Shown here: positions 9,625 through 19,126 of the stretch, piece after piece | How the letters are laid out: each line of letters opens with the position of its first letter | Position numbering within the stretch: position 1 is the first letter of the stretch | Source of the DNA: Armatimonadota bacterium | GTDB lineage: Bacteria > Armatimonadota > UBA5829 > DSUL01 | Direction of reading: 5' to 3' | Assembly (NCBI GenBank): GCA_052033935.1 | Contig: JBPOJE010000011.1 | Span: 75,814 to 139,813 of the forward strand | Length of the DNA: 64,000 nt | Program-made: the position numbers and the translations under genes | Notes under the pieces: generated by a model | Databases searched by the model: none | Told to the model about the DNA's origin: nothing | Seen by the model: the letters and a program-made list of their open reading frames with translations, nothing else

Positions 9625-10056
9625 ATGAACAACAGCGACAGCCTTAGGGCCAGCATCCTCACACAGGCCCTGGGGGACCTGCGCAACCGTCTGATTCGCC
9701 TGCACAAGACGCTTCTGCTCGTGGAGCGCAGGAGCTACGAGCGCATGAACGGACGGATCGCGAGCCCGGCCCGGTTCTTCGAGCTTGCCGTCTCCGACCC
9801 ATGGTTTGCGTGGCTGCGGCCGGTCTCGGAGTTGATCGTGCGGATTGACGAGGTACTCGCGGAAGAAGGCGGCGCGCAGGAGAATGAGGCGGACATCACT
9901 CTGCGTAAAGCCGGGGGTCTGCTGACCCCAGACGAGATGGGCGCGGAGTTCCAACGGCGCTACTACGAAGCGCTACAGATGGAGCCGCCGGTTGTGATGG
10001 CACATGCGGAGGCTGTGCGCATCATTCGCGAAGCAACCGCAAAGCTCAAGGAGTAG
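9625..10056 (+). CDS. hypothetical protein (143 aa)
   Basis: ATG preceded by AGGAGA Shine-Dalgarno-like sequence; no recognisable domain; ends at a convergent hairpin. Confidence 0.4.
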   Translation: MNNSDSLRASILTQALGDLRNRLIRLHKTLLLVERRSYERMNGRIASPARFFELAVSDPWFAWLRPVSELIVRIDEVLAEEGGAQENEADITLRKAGGLLTPDEMGAEFQRRYYEALQMEPPVVMAHAEAVRIIREATAKLKE

Positions 10057-10079
10057 CCCTGGCATCAGGGCTGCCAGGG
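10056..10079. terminator. stem-loop between convergent genes (no U-tract)
   Basis: CCCTGGCA-tcagggc-TGCCAGGG 8-bp inverted repeat between the stop at 10056 (+) and the stop at 10065 (-). Confidence 0.3.
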
Positions 10080-12248
10080 TCCTCCGGTGTTGACCACCAT
10101 CTCGGAGGCGACCTCAGTCAGCAGGCGCTCGATGGCGCTGCCGGATGTGAAATCCCAAAACGAGGTGTCCTTCGCGCGCAGTGCCAGCACTGCCGCGGTC
10201 CAGGCCGCGCCCCAGCCCGTCTCGACGCTCCACGCGCCCCACCCCGCATCAGCGCTGCTTGCCCAGTAGTCCCACCGCCGGAAGTCGAACGCCCGGAACC
10301 AGCAGCCATCGAACCACGGCAAAGCGTCCGAACGGACCTGCACCCGGCAGAGGAAATCCGCAAGCCGGTCCCCGGCGGCCTTGAGCCTGGCGTCGCCTGT
10401 CGCCGCGAAGGCTTCGTGAAAGCCCAGAAGCGCAAAGCCCGTAGTGTAGAGCTGATCCGACGCGGGATCACCGTCCCTCTGAATCAGCGGAGTCTCACCC
10501 GTGCCGTAGGCCTCATTCGATTGAGGGATGAGATAATGCCCGCCCCCCGTGCCCGCCAGCTTCTCCTGTAGCGCGCCCGAACGGTCCTGCCGCTCGATCA
10601 GATCGCTCGCGATACGGCTCAGCCATTCGCGATGCTCCGGAGTATCCTCCACCCGGACCAACCAGGCGAGGCAGAGCAGCATCCGCGCCCGCTCGATCGA
10701 GTCCTGCCAGCGCCATCCGCCGGGATACTGCTCCAAGGTCATTCGGATGGCGTTGCGCGTGCTGTCCAGAAACGCGCGCTGTCCGGTCTGTTTGTACGCC
10801 CACAGGTTGCACGCCCAGAGGTAGCTCTCGAAGTGCGGGGAGTAGTTCACGTTCTCCGCATCGGCGAAGGCCTTCCAGCCCCTTGCTTCCAGCGGCCCAA
10901 CGTCCACCCGGTCTTCGCGGAAGCCGAGCTTGCCGGTGGTGCGCAGGTTTGCCAGAAGCCCCCGCAGCACCCATTTGTCCCAGTCCCCGCTTTTGAGGCA
11001 GGCCGAAGCCAGAATGGTCGCGAGCAGCACGCGGGCGTTGTCGTCGCCGTAGTTGCCGATGGTCCAGGCGGGATGCACGGCACCCCATCCGATGAGGCCG
11101 AAGGCGGGATGCGCCGGGTCGGCGCGGACGCCCCCGCACATGCCACTGCTGACGTAGAGATAATCGAGCAGGTTTCGCGCCGCTTTCGCGCTTGCCCGGT
11201 CTTTGTTGACCACGGAATCGAGTGCGAACACCATCGCCGCTTCGGCATTGCAGTCCGCCCGCAGAGGAAGACGCTGCGGCTGTGAGCCATCCGGGTTTAT
11301 GGCCGAGGCGTACCCCTCAAGGATACCGAAGGAGCCGTCGCCGGCGGGTTTGTCCGCGGGCGGGATGTCAACCGCCTCGACGCCCGCGGCAAGCTGACTC
11401 TCGACTTCGGCCTTTCGCCATCCGGGCACGAGCAGCCGCGAGTTGTGGTACCACCGAACGAACGAGCGCACTGCCCGATTCTCGGCATCATCCGGGAGCC
11501 TATCGAGACGGCCATAGGCAGGCCAGACCCTGTGAGGTGCCTCGAAGTCCGGCACGGTGTGCTCCGGATCGAGCCTGGAGAGGATGACGCGCCACACCGT
11601 CACCCATTCTTCGTGCGGGGCAAAACGCGCCGATACGAACCCGCTGAGCATGGTTCCCGCAACTATCAGGCTGCCGTCGCCGGACTCTCCGAGGAGCGTG
11701 GCCACATCATCCGGCAGACCGAACAGAGCGGTGTCGTAGCCAGCGACACGGGCGATCGAGAGTATAGGTTTCAGCCCCTGCAGTTCAACATACGCACACT
11801 GATGCGCGGAGAGGATGCGCAGATGTGGAAGCCTCCGGCCGAAGTCCAGGCCCGTCACGACAACGCGCTCCCACACGGCCTTGCGCTCGTCTCCCACCTC
11901 TACCCCCTCGAGCGAATCCGGAAACTCGACGTAAAGGCGAAGCCGCTTGTCGCGCGCGCGGGCAAGCAGCGACGGAGTAACGGACGTTCGGCTGTCCGGA
12001 TAGCCGTCGGCGAGGATGAGCACGCCCGACCCGGGCGCGGCGTTCTCAACGGCTTCGAACGCCGTGTCGTAACGCGGCGCTTCTCCCACAGAACGGCAGA
12101 TGGCGGCGTACAGATCATTGTTGGGCGAACAACTGAACACGAGCGACATGGATGGTCTCCGGTGTGCGGGCAAGAGCACCGCCGCTACAGCATCCGGCAA
12201 CATTGCTGCCAGGATGGACACGGCCAGAGCCAGACGTCTGATAGGCAT
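10065..12248 (-). CDS. secreted hypothetical protein, (alpha/alpha)6 six-hairpin glycosidase-like
   Basis: 727 aa. N-terminal signal peptide (LALAVSILAAMLPDAVAA). Trp/aromatic-rich helical repeats typical of six-hairpin glycosidases. Family not recognised. Confidence 0.5.
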   Translation of the reverse strand: MPIRRLALAVSILAAMLPDAVAAVLLPAHRRPSMSLVFSCSPNNDLYAAICRSVGEAPRYDTAFEAVENAAPGSGVLILADGYPDSRTSVTPSLLARARDKRLRLYVEFPDSLEGVEVGDERKAVWERVVVTGLDFGRRLPHLRILSAHQCAYVELQGLKPILSIARVAGYDTALFGLPDDVATLLGESGDGSLIVAGTMLSGFVSARFAPHEEWVTVWRVILSRLDPEHTVPDFEAPHRVWPAYGRLDRLPDDAENRAVRSFVRWYHNSRLLVPGWRKAEVESQLAAGVEAVDIPPADKPAGDGSFGILEGYASAINPDGSQPQRLPLRADCNAEAAMVFALDSVVNKDRASAKAARNLLDYLYVSSGMCGGVRADPAHPAFGLIGWGAVHPAWTIGNYGDDNARVLLATILASACLKSGDWDKWVLRGLLANLRTTGKLGFREDRVDVGPLEARGWKAFADAENVNYSPHFESYLWACNLWAYKQTGQRAFLDSTRNAIRMTLEQYPGGWRWQDSIERARMLLCLAWLVRVEDTPEHREWLSRIASDLIERQDRSGALQEKLAGTGGGHYLIPQSNEAYGTGETPLIQRDGDPASDQLYTTGFALLGFHEAFAATGDARLKAAGDRLADFLCRVQVRSDALPWFDGCWFRAFDFRRWDYWASSADAGWGAWSVETGWGAAWTAAVLALRAKDTSFWDFTSGSAIERLLTEVASEMVVNTGGPWQP

Positions 12249-12313
12249 TGTCCGATTATAGGACGCCCGCCCGCCCGATGCAACGATTGTGCCGGATGGC
12301 GCTTCCCCTGCAC

Positions 12314-12322
12314 GGCAGGCAA
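12314..12322 (+). promoter_or_regulatory. candidate extended -10 promoter element (TGgTAGAAT) for the DUF1559 gene
   Basis: TGGTAGAAT lies about 65 bp upstream of ATG 12387 in the divergent intergenic region; no convincing -35 element. Confidence 0.25.
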
Positions 12323-12386
12323 GTGGTAGAATGATAGCATCTCACACAGCCAAGGCCGGATGGCACGCGCTGGATAGGACACTGCC

Positions 12387-13082
12387 ATGCGACAGGGCTT
12401 CACGCTCATTGAACTGCTTGTGGTGATCGCGATTATCGCGGTGCTCGCCGCGATGCTGTTTCCCGTGTTCGCCCGGGCACGGGAGAAGTCCAGGACCGCC
12501 ATGTGCCAGACGCACCAGAAGCAGTTGTGCGCGGCGCTGATGATGTATACCGGCGACTACAACGACAAGCTCCCCTGGTTCCAGTTCCTGACCTGGCACG
12601 ACTTCGGCGGATCGGTGGGCATGATTCACTTGTACGACCCGTACGTGAAGAACGACAAGATCGTCATCTGCCCGTCGAAACAGGCGTACGGGTACAACGA
12701 GCACCTCACCTCGCCGCTGGCCAGTGACACGTACGGCAGCCGCATCGGACGGCCTGAGATTCAGGTGTACGCGCCGAACGCCTTTCCGGGCAGGGGGCGG
12801 CCGCTCAGCGACATAGCGTCACCCGCTCTGACGCCTGTCTTCTTCGACACGTTTCAGTATCATCCCGGCCCGGACGGCAAGAAGCGGGGGTTCGGCTGGG
12901 GAGCGGACGACGCCGTCAACCCCGTGCGGCACCTGAACAACCACAATGAGGGATCGAACTACGCGTTTCTGGACGGGCACGTGTGCTGGTACCGTCCGCA
13001 GGGCGGCGGATTCCACGTCGTCATCGAGGGGATGGACTACGACGGCAACGGCAGCGTCGGGACGGCGACAGTGATGAGATGA
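12387..13082 (+). CDS. prepilin-type N-terminal cleavage/methylation domain protein (DUF1559 family)
   Basis: GFTLIELLVVIAIIAVLAAMLFPVFARAREKSR N-terminus (type IV pilin-like leader) and C-terminal NYAFLDGHV motif characteristic of DUF1559 proteins abundant in Planctomycetes/Verrucomicrobia. Confidence 0.8.
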   Translation: MRQGFTLIELLVVIAIIAVLAAMLFPVFARAREKSRTAMCQTHQKQLCAALMMYTGDYNDKLPWFQFLTWHDFGGSVGMIHLYDPYVKNDKIVICPSKQAYGYNEHLTSPLASDTYGSRIGRPEIQVYAPNAFPGRGRPLSDIASPALTPVFFDTFQYHPGPDGKKRGFGWGADDAVNPVRHLNNHNEGSNYAFLDGHVCWYRPQGGGFHVVIEGMDYDGNGSVGTATVMR

Positions 13083-13282
13083 GCAGGGCGGCCTCTTCGA
13101 GCTTCCTCGCGGGAGCGCGCCCTGTAATCAGCCTCACCGGCCGGTTTGCCCTCTTTGTCCACAACCCGCGGGGCGCCTTCGGTCAGCTTGGGGACGGGCT
13201 TGAGCGGCGAACCAGTGATTTAGCACGGCCCCGCAAGGACAACAGCCCCGCTGGGTCGAAGTGTATTCGACAGGAATGACAG

Positions 13283-13762
13283 GTGACAATGAAGACGCCG
13301 GAAGATTACATGCGCATGGCCATCGCGAAAACGCGCGAGGGGATGGAACAGGGGCAGACGCCGTTCGGAGCCTGTATAGTGAAGGATGGGGAGGTCTTGG
13401 CCTGCTCGCACAACACGGTGTGGGCCGCGACGGACATAACCGCCCACGCGGAAGTTACGGCCATTCGCGCAGCGTGCCGCAAACTGGGCGCCATTGATCT
13501 GACTGGCAGCGTCATATACTCGACGTGCGAGCCCTGTCCGATGTGCTTTTCGGCATGTCACTGGGCGAAAATCGGCAAGATCGTGTTCGGTACCTACATC
13601 GAGGACGCGAAGGCCTGCGGCTTCAGCGAGCTGACAGTGTCCGACAAGACGATAAAGGAACTGGGCGGGAGCCCGGTCGAGATCGAGGGCGGTTTTTTGC
13701 GCGAGGAGTGCCAGGCGCTGTTTGACGAATGGCAGAAGAGAGACGACGCAAAGAGGTATTGA
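13283..13762 (+). CDS. zinc-dependent nucleoside/nucleobase deaminase (CDA fold; guanine deaminase / TadA-like)
   Basis: 159 aa. HAEVTAIRAA ... CEPCPMCFSAC zinc-binding H-A-E / PC-x2-C motifs. Confidence 0.8.
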   Translation: MTMKTPEDYMRMAIAKTREGMEQGQTPFGACIVKDGEVLACSHNTVWAATDITAHAEVTAIRAACRKLGAIDLTGSVIYSTCEPCPMCFSACHWAKIGKIVFGTYIEDAKACGFSELTVSDKTIKELGGSPVEIEGGFLREECQALFDEWQKRDDAKRY

Positions 13763-13819
13763 CGCGCCTGTGGGCGAACCTGTGCACAGGTGGTGCAAGG
13801 AGAGCAGAGGTCTGATTTG

Positions 13820-15085
13820 ATGATTCGTAGAGTGATTCTGGCTGCTTGCCTGGCGGCCATTCTGATGTCAACTGCATGCGCCGCGGGGCCCGAGCCGGGC
13901 TTTGTGAGCCTGTTTGACGGCAAGACGCTGAAGGGATGGCAGGTCACCGGCAAGCATGGCGAAGGGTACGTCGCGCGGGACGGCGTGCTGCGGTGCCCGG
14001 CGGGCAGCGGCGGCAACCTGTTCACGATCCGGCAGTACAGCGACTTCGTGCTGCGCTTTGATGTACTGCTGACCAAGGGCGCCAACAACGGTGTGGGGAT
14101 CCGCACGCCCATAGCGGGCACGCCGGCGCACACCGCGATGGAGATTCAGCTTCTGGACGACGGCGATGCGCAGTATGCCAACCTGCATCCGGCGCAGTAC
14201 TGCGGATCCGTCTACAAGACCGTGGCAGCCAAACGCGGCTCGCTGAAGAAGCCGGGCGAGTGGAACGCGATGGAGATATCGGCGGTCGGACGGCACATCA
14301 AGGTCACCATGAACGGCAAGGTGATTGTGAACGCTGATCTGAACAAGGTGAGCAGCCCGGAGGTTTTCGCCGAGCACCGCGGATTCCTGCGGGACAGGGG
14401 CTACATCGGTTTTCTGGGGCACCCGCCGGCGGAGGTCGCCTTCCGGAACATCCGCATCAAGGACCTTTCGCGCCCGGAGAAAGAGAACACGCCTCCCCCC
14501 GGCTTCAAAGCGCTCTTCAACGGCAAGGACCTGAAAGGATGGAAGGGGCTCGTCTCCAGCCCGCCGGAGCGCGCGAAGATGAGCGAGGACGCGCTTGCCG
14601 CGGAGCAGAAGAAGGCGGACGAGCAGATGCGGGCGCACTGGAAGGTTGTGGACGGCGCGCTCGAGTATGACGGCGGCGGCAACAGCCTGTGCACGGCGCG
14701 GGACTACGCGGACTTCGAGATGCTCGTGGACTGGAAGATTGACGCGGGCGGCGACAGCGGCATCTACCTGCGCGGCTCGCCTCAGGTGCAGATATGGGAC
14801 GACCCGGTGGGCTCGGGCGGGCTCTACAACAACGAGAAGAACCCGTCGAAGCCGATTGAGAAGGCGGACAACAAGCCGGGCCAGTGGAACCGCTTCCGGA
14901 TTCTGATGCTGGGCGAGAAGGTGAGCGTGTGGCTGAACAGCAAGCTGGTGGTGGACCATGTGACGATGGAGAACTACTGGGAGCGCGACAAGCCGATCTA
15001 CCCGTCGGAGCAGATCGAGCTTCAGCATCACAATAGCAAGCTCTGGTTCAAGAACATCTACATCCGGGAGATCGTGCAGAAATAG
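13820..15085 (+). CDS. secreted protein with two tandem DUF1080 (3-keto-disaccharide hydrolase-like) domains
   Basis: Signal peptide (MIRRVILAACLAAILMSTACAAG). Two repeats of the LF(D/N)GK(T/D)LKGW ... GN ... YxDFxL ... GxxxR ... Q(L/I)xD pattern. Confidence 0.75.
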   Translation: MIRRVILAACLAAILMSTACAAGPEPGFVSLFDGKTLKGWQVTGKHGEGYVARDGVLRCPAGSGGNLFTIRQYSDFVLRFDVLLTKGANNGVGIRTPIAGTPAHTAMEIQLLDDGDAQYANLHPAQYCGSVYKTVAAKRGSLKKPGEWNAMEISAVGRHIKVTMNGKVIVNADLNKVSSPEVFAEHRGFLRDRGYIGFLGHPPAEVAFRNIRIKDLSRPEKENTPPPGFKALFNGKDLKGWKGLVSSPPERAKMSEDALAAEQKKADEQMRAHWKVVDGALEYDGGGNSLCTARDYADFEMLVDWKIDAGGDSGIYLRGSPQVQIWDDPVGSGGLYNNEKNPSKPIEKADNKPGQWNRFRILMLGEKVSVWLNSKLVVDHVTMENYWERDKPIYPSEQIELQHHNSKLWFKNIYIREIVQK

Positions 15086-15189
15086 CCCCGGGGAAACCGA
15101 GCGGTTGAAACGCAAGACCCGCGCCAGTCCGGCGCGGGCGTGCGCAATTGCGCCCAGGTCTGACATCCGACACCTCGCTTCGCAGGATT

Positions 15190-15442
15190 GCTGCTGGACC
15201 CGGATTTACAATTTGCTGGACCTGCTGGACGCTGTTGGCCTCGGATTTGTAATCCGAGGCCAACAGGCAGCGGGTACCACGCCATCCCGAACCATACCAC
15301 GTCGTCCTGAACTTGATTCAGGACCCACCCGCACCAGCCGACTGGATGCCGGATCAAGTCCGGCATGACCTGATCAAGTACTCCCGCAAGTGCACCGGGC
15401 TACGCTTGGCGCACCGGATGGGCGATCACAGATCGCCGGAAC
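15190..15442. repeat. multi-hairpin structured repeat unit (copy A; same family as 20450-20940)
   Basis: Contains H5 (GGCCTCGGATTtgtaAATCCGAGGCC, 11-bp stem), H1 (GTCCTGAActtgaTTCAGGAC), H2 (ATGCCGGAtcaagTCCGGCAT), H3, H4 (GGGCGATCacaGATCGCC). About 85-90% identical to the units at 20.45-20.94 kb. Confidence 0.55.
15422..15442. repeat. 21-bp direct repeat GCGATCACAGATCGCCGGAAC (left flank of the 5-kb block)
   Basis: Identical 21-mer recurs at 20450-20470; it supplies the last codons and stop of the PEP-CTERM gene. Confidence 0.5.
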
Positions 15443-16552
15443 GCCGACGCCACAGTGGCAACCCCGCCAGCCCAAGCGCCAGCGCCACCAGGCTGCCCGG
15501 CTCGGGCACAAGGTACGTCCACAGCAGCGCCTCAGCGGGGCCACCGTTCACGACCCCCCATAGCCAACCACGTAGATGTTGCCCAGTTCGTCCACCCAGA
15601 CGTCGTTCGCCACGCTGTCGCAATAATGGCTGGGTCCAGAAGCGAATGCAGGTCGAAGAAAGATTCGGCGCTGCCGAACCACACGCTTGCATGAGTGGGG
15701 GTGTTGGCGTTCGGTATGTCAAAGACTACCAGCCCCACCTGAACGTTCTGGCTCACACCGTATGCAATACTGGATAATGCTGTGGGAATCCAGTCCGGAT
15801 GCAACCTCACATAGCTCTCGGCTGACCCACACCACAGTGCAGCGCCGCGGTTCAGCCGACCGACCTGGCTGCCGCCACAAAGCGCATAGGCCTCCGACCC
15901 GCGGAATGGCTCGCTGCTGGGATCCATATCCACGTACGAGCCCTCGGCCACGTCGTCCCAGAGCACGGCGTGGGTCACGCCCCCTCCAAACCCCAGCATT
16001 CCAACAGCCCGGTTTCCATCCAGGCCGCCCACGTTCGATCCGCTTACTGCCGCTGGCGGGTGCAGATCATACTCCTGCTCACTGGCGATATCCCAGACAT
16101 AGGCATGCCGAATTCCACCATTCTCCGTCCACCCGCCGACCAGCGAGCCTGACACAGCGAAAGCATCCGAGCCAATCGAACCTGGCGGGGTCAGAATGCG
16201 GGCAGGGCCACCCCCAATCGGCCACGCCGTGGCATCGAACCTGTAGCTCCCAAAACCGTAGTTTGTATACAGATAGCCTGCCGCCCATTCGGTCGAGTTC
16301 CCTTTCGCATTCACGGGCGTCAAGCGCCCTCCACGATCCCGTCTGCAGGTCGTAGAGACCAGCCTGTGACACCACGTTGCGTGGGCCGTTGGTATAGGCG
16401 ATCTCGCCGACAGCATAGCGTCCAGAGATGCTCGTAAGCTGCGTCCAGTAGGCATCAACTGGTTGCACACAGGTAACTTCCCAGCCAGAAAGGCACGGCT
16501 GGGCTACGATGACAAGAAGCAGTAACGCGAGGATCATCGCACTTCGGCGCAT
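15426..16552 (-). pseudogene. PEP-CTERM sorting-domain protein, paralog A (at least 2 frameshifts)
   Basis: Three overlapping minus-strand ORF fragments: signal peptide MRRSAMILALLLLVIVAQPCLSGWEV ...; body; C-terminal VPEPGSLVALALGLAGLPLWRRRSG (PEP-CTERM). ~70% identical to paralog B. Confidence 0.5.
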
Positions 16553-16618
16553 TGGGGGTGTTCCTTTCAGTAACACGGCGTAACTGTGCGGTTGAGGGGC
16601 TCGGGGTCAAGCCTTATC

Positions 16619-17230
16619 TTAAACACACTGCGGCGTCGGAAGCGTGGGGACGGTCACACTGCCACTGCAAACGCCAAGAGCCGGCGACTCCCTTTCGCGG
16701 GTAGCAGCCATGACTGTGTACTCACCGGGTGGCAGACAGAGGGTGAAATAGCCGTCTGCGCCTGCCTGTGTCACATAATCAGCACCCTCGGCCCAGACCA
16801 GCGCACCCGCCACCGGAGCGTCCTCGGCCGGATTGTCGCTATCGTAGCGAACCACCCAGCCAGAAACAGTCGGATGAGCCTCGAATATCAGCCCATAGCA
16901 CTCGCCCGGCTCGATGATAACAGGAGGCTCAAAAACATGATACCCGGCGGTATTAACCTGGAGGTCGTACACCCCTGCCGGCAAGCCGCGGAACTCGTAC
17001 ACGCCGCAGCGACGTCGCCGTCTACGAGCGCGTCCACCGTCACACCGCGTAACGGCATGCTGGTCTCCGGGCAGACCACATGGCCCGCAAGATTACGCGG
17101 CTCGGACAGCGCTGAGGAAGGCTGGATGTCCATAACAGTCATGGATGCTGGGGGCAACAACCAGACGAAGTAGTTGGTTTCCAGCGGCACATAGTACCCG
17201 GGCGTCGGCGAAAGAGCGGCAGGCCCGCCA
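16619..17230 (-). pseudogene. carboxypeptidase-regulatory-like domain protein, copy A (frameshifted)
   Basis: C-terminal 127-aa ORF with YEFRGLPAGVYDLQVNTAGY ... GALVWAEGADYVTQAGADGYFTL (CarboxypepD_reg-like). The N-terminal part (PGYYVPLETNYFVWLLP ...) lies in another frame (16888-17307). Confidence 0.4.
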
Positions 17231-18322
17231 GCCCCAGCGCCAGCGCTGCCAGGCTGCCGGGCTCGGGTACAAGTATGTCCACAGCAGCGCCTCGGCGGGG
17301 CCGCCATTCATCCGCGCGGCGGAGCCAACGACGTAGATATTGCCCAGTTCGTCCACCCAAACATCGTTCGCCACGCTGCCCCGGTAGTAAGCCGGGTCAA
17401 GAAGAGAGTGCAGATCAAACACGCTCGCTGCAGTGCCAAACCACACAGTGGCATGCGCGGGAAACCGAGGGAACGTGCCAGCGCCCCGATCATAGTCAAC
17501 ATAACCAACTTGAACGTGAGCGTCGGCACCAAGAGCGTAGGACAGCGCCGCAGAGGGGAGCCACGACGGGTGCAGGTTCACATAACTGCCTGCTGAACCG
17601 CGCCACAGCGCTGCAAGCCCATCAACTTCGCCCACCTGTGTGTTGTCCGAGATATCGTATGCAGTGGAACCGTAGACTGCGCCAGTGGGATTGAGATCCA
17701 CGTAACCCGCGGCCAAGCTGGGCCACAGCACAGCGTGGCTGCCGGTACCCCCGCCCAAACCGATTTCGCCAACAGATCGCGTGCCATCTATCCCATTGAC
17801 CTGCGAGCCGTTTACGGCGGCCGGCGGGTGGAGGTCGTACTCCTGGCCCGTCGCCATGTCCCAGACGTAGGCGTGAATCTTCCCGGCGAACTGCGCGGAC
17901 CCCGCCAGCAACTGGCCAGAGGCCGAAGTGAGCTTGGATGTCAGCGCACCCGCCGGCTGAAGGTCCAAGGCGGGCCCGCCTGCCAAAGGCCAGGCTGTTG
18001 CCTTCACCACAGAGGCATTACCTGGCTGGTACGCAGCCCACATGTCAGATACAGCGTTCGCCGTAGTGTCGCGGGTGTCCAGGGGCTTCCACGTGCCCCT
18101 ATCCAGGTCGTAGAGAGCCACCTGCACCATCATATTCGGCGGGCCGTTGGTATAGGCAATCTCACCGACCGCATACCGGCCGGAGATACCCATGAGCTGG
18201 GACCAGTCTGCCCCTGCGGGGTGGACGCGGGTAACTTCCCAGCCGGAAAGGCACGGCTGGCAGAGTGCGGCAAGCAGAAGGGCTAGTATAGACACTCTCA
18301 TCTCATTCTCCTCTAGGGGCAA
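17139..18322 (-). pseudogene. PEP-CTERM sorting-domain protein, paralog B (C-terminal frameshift)
   Basis: 409-aa ORF with signal peptide (MRVSILALLLAALCQPCLSGWEV) intact to ...EALLWTYL. The PEP-CTERM tail (VPEPGSLAALALGLAGLPLFRRRPG) is in a different frame (17139-17360). Confidence 0.5.
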
Positions 18323-18352
18323 ACACTGAACGCGCGGTGGTTCGGGTCGGGG

Positions 18353-19126
18353 TCAAAGATGAACTCGACGCATTGGGTGGTGACCAGCTGCGGGATGGTC
18401 ACGATGCCAGCGTGAACGCCAACGGTGGGGGTTTCCTGGAGACGCGTGGACGCCAACACACCGTACTGACCGCGGCAGCAGCAGCGTGAAATAGCCTGAC
18501 GCGTCGGTAACGGTCTTGTATTCGTGAGCCCACACCCAGACCACAGCGCCCGCCACAGGGAGCCCGGTGCTGTACCGCTTCACCGTCCCGGTTATGGATG
18601 GGTACGCATCGAAGCTGAGGGCGTAGGTCCCTTCTGTGGCGATGTAGACACTCGGCGTCGCTGGCACCACCTGGTACCCGGGGGCATTCACCCTGACGAC
18701 GTACTGTCCGGGGTCTAGCCCACGGAACTCGTACACGCCGAAGTCGTTCGTCGTCGCGCTTGCAGCGACGTCGCCGTCTACGAGCGCGTCCACCGTCACA
18801 CTGCGTAACGGCATGCTGGTCTCCGGGCAGACCACATGGCCCACAAGATTACGCGGCTCGGACAGCTCTGAGGAAAGCTGGATGTCCATGACAGTCATGG
18901 ATGCTAGGGGCAACAACCAGACGAAGTAATTGGTCTCCAGTGGCAGGTAGTATCCGGGGGCCGGAGGCCCGACCTGGGCCAAACCCGTGGGCTCGTCTGT
19001 CCCCTCCATCGGCGAGGTTGCGCTGCTCTGAAGGGTGTATGTGATCAGCGCACCGGCAGGCTCCGCGGTCTCCCCGAGGTAGATGCTCTGAGTCTGCTCG
19101 TCGGTGGCGTTCGTATTCAGCAGCAT
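18353..19126 (-). pseudogene. carboxypeptidase-regulatory-like domain protein, copy B (C-terminal frameshift)
   Basis: 257-aa ORF homologous to copy A (APGYYLPLETNYFVWLLPLASMTVMDIQ ... YEFRGLDPGQYVVRVNAPGY ...). Sequence after ...GYFTLLLP is out of frame relative to copy A. Confidence 0.45.

Noticed and set aside
17093-17360. Programmed ribosomal frameshift in the PEP-CTERM genes
   Set aside because: Frame changes occur at different positions in the two paralogs and also in unrelated neighbouring genes. No conserved slippery-site/pseudoknot pattern seen.
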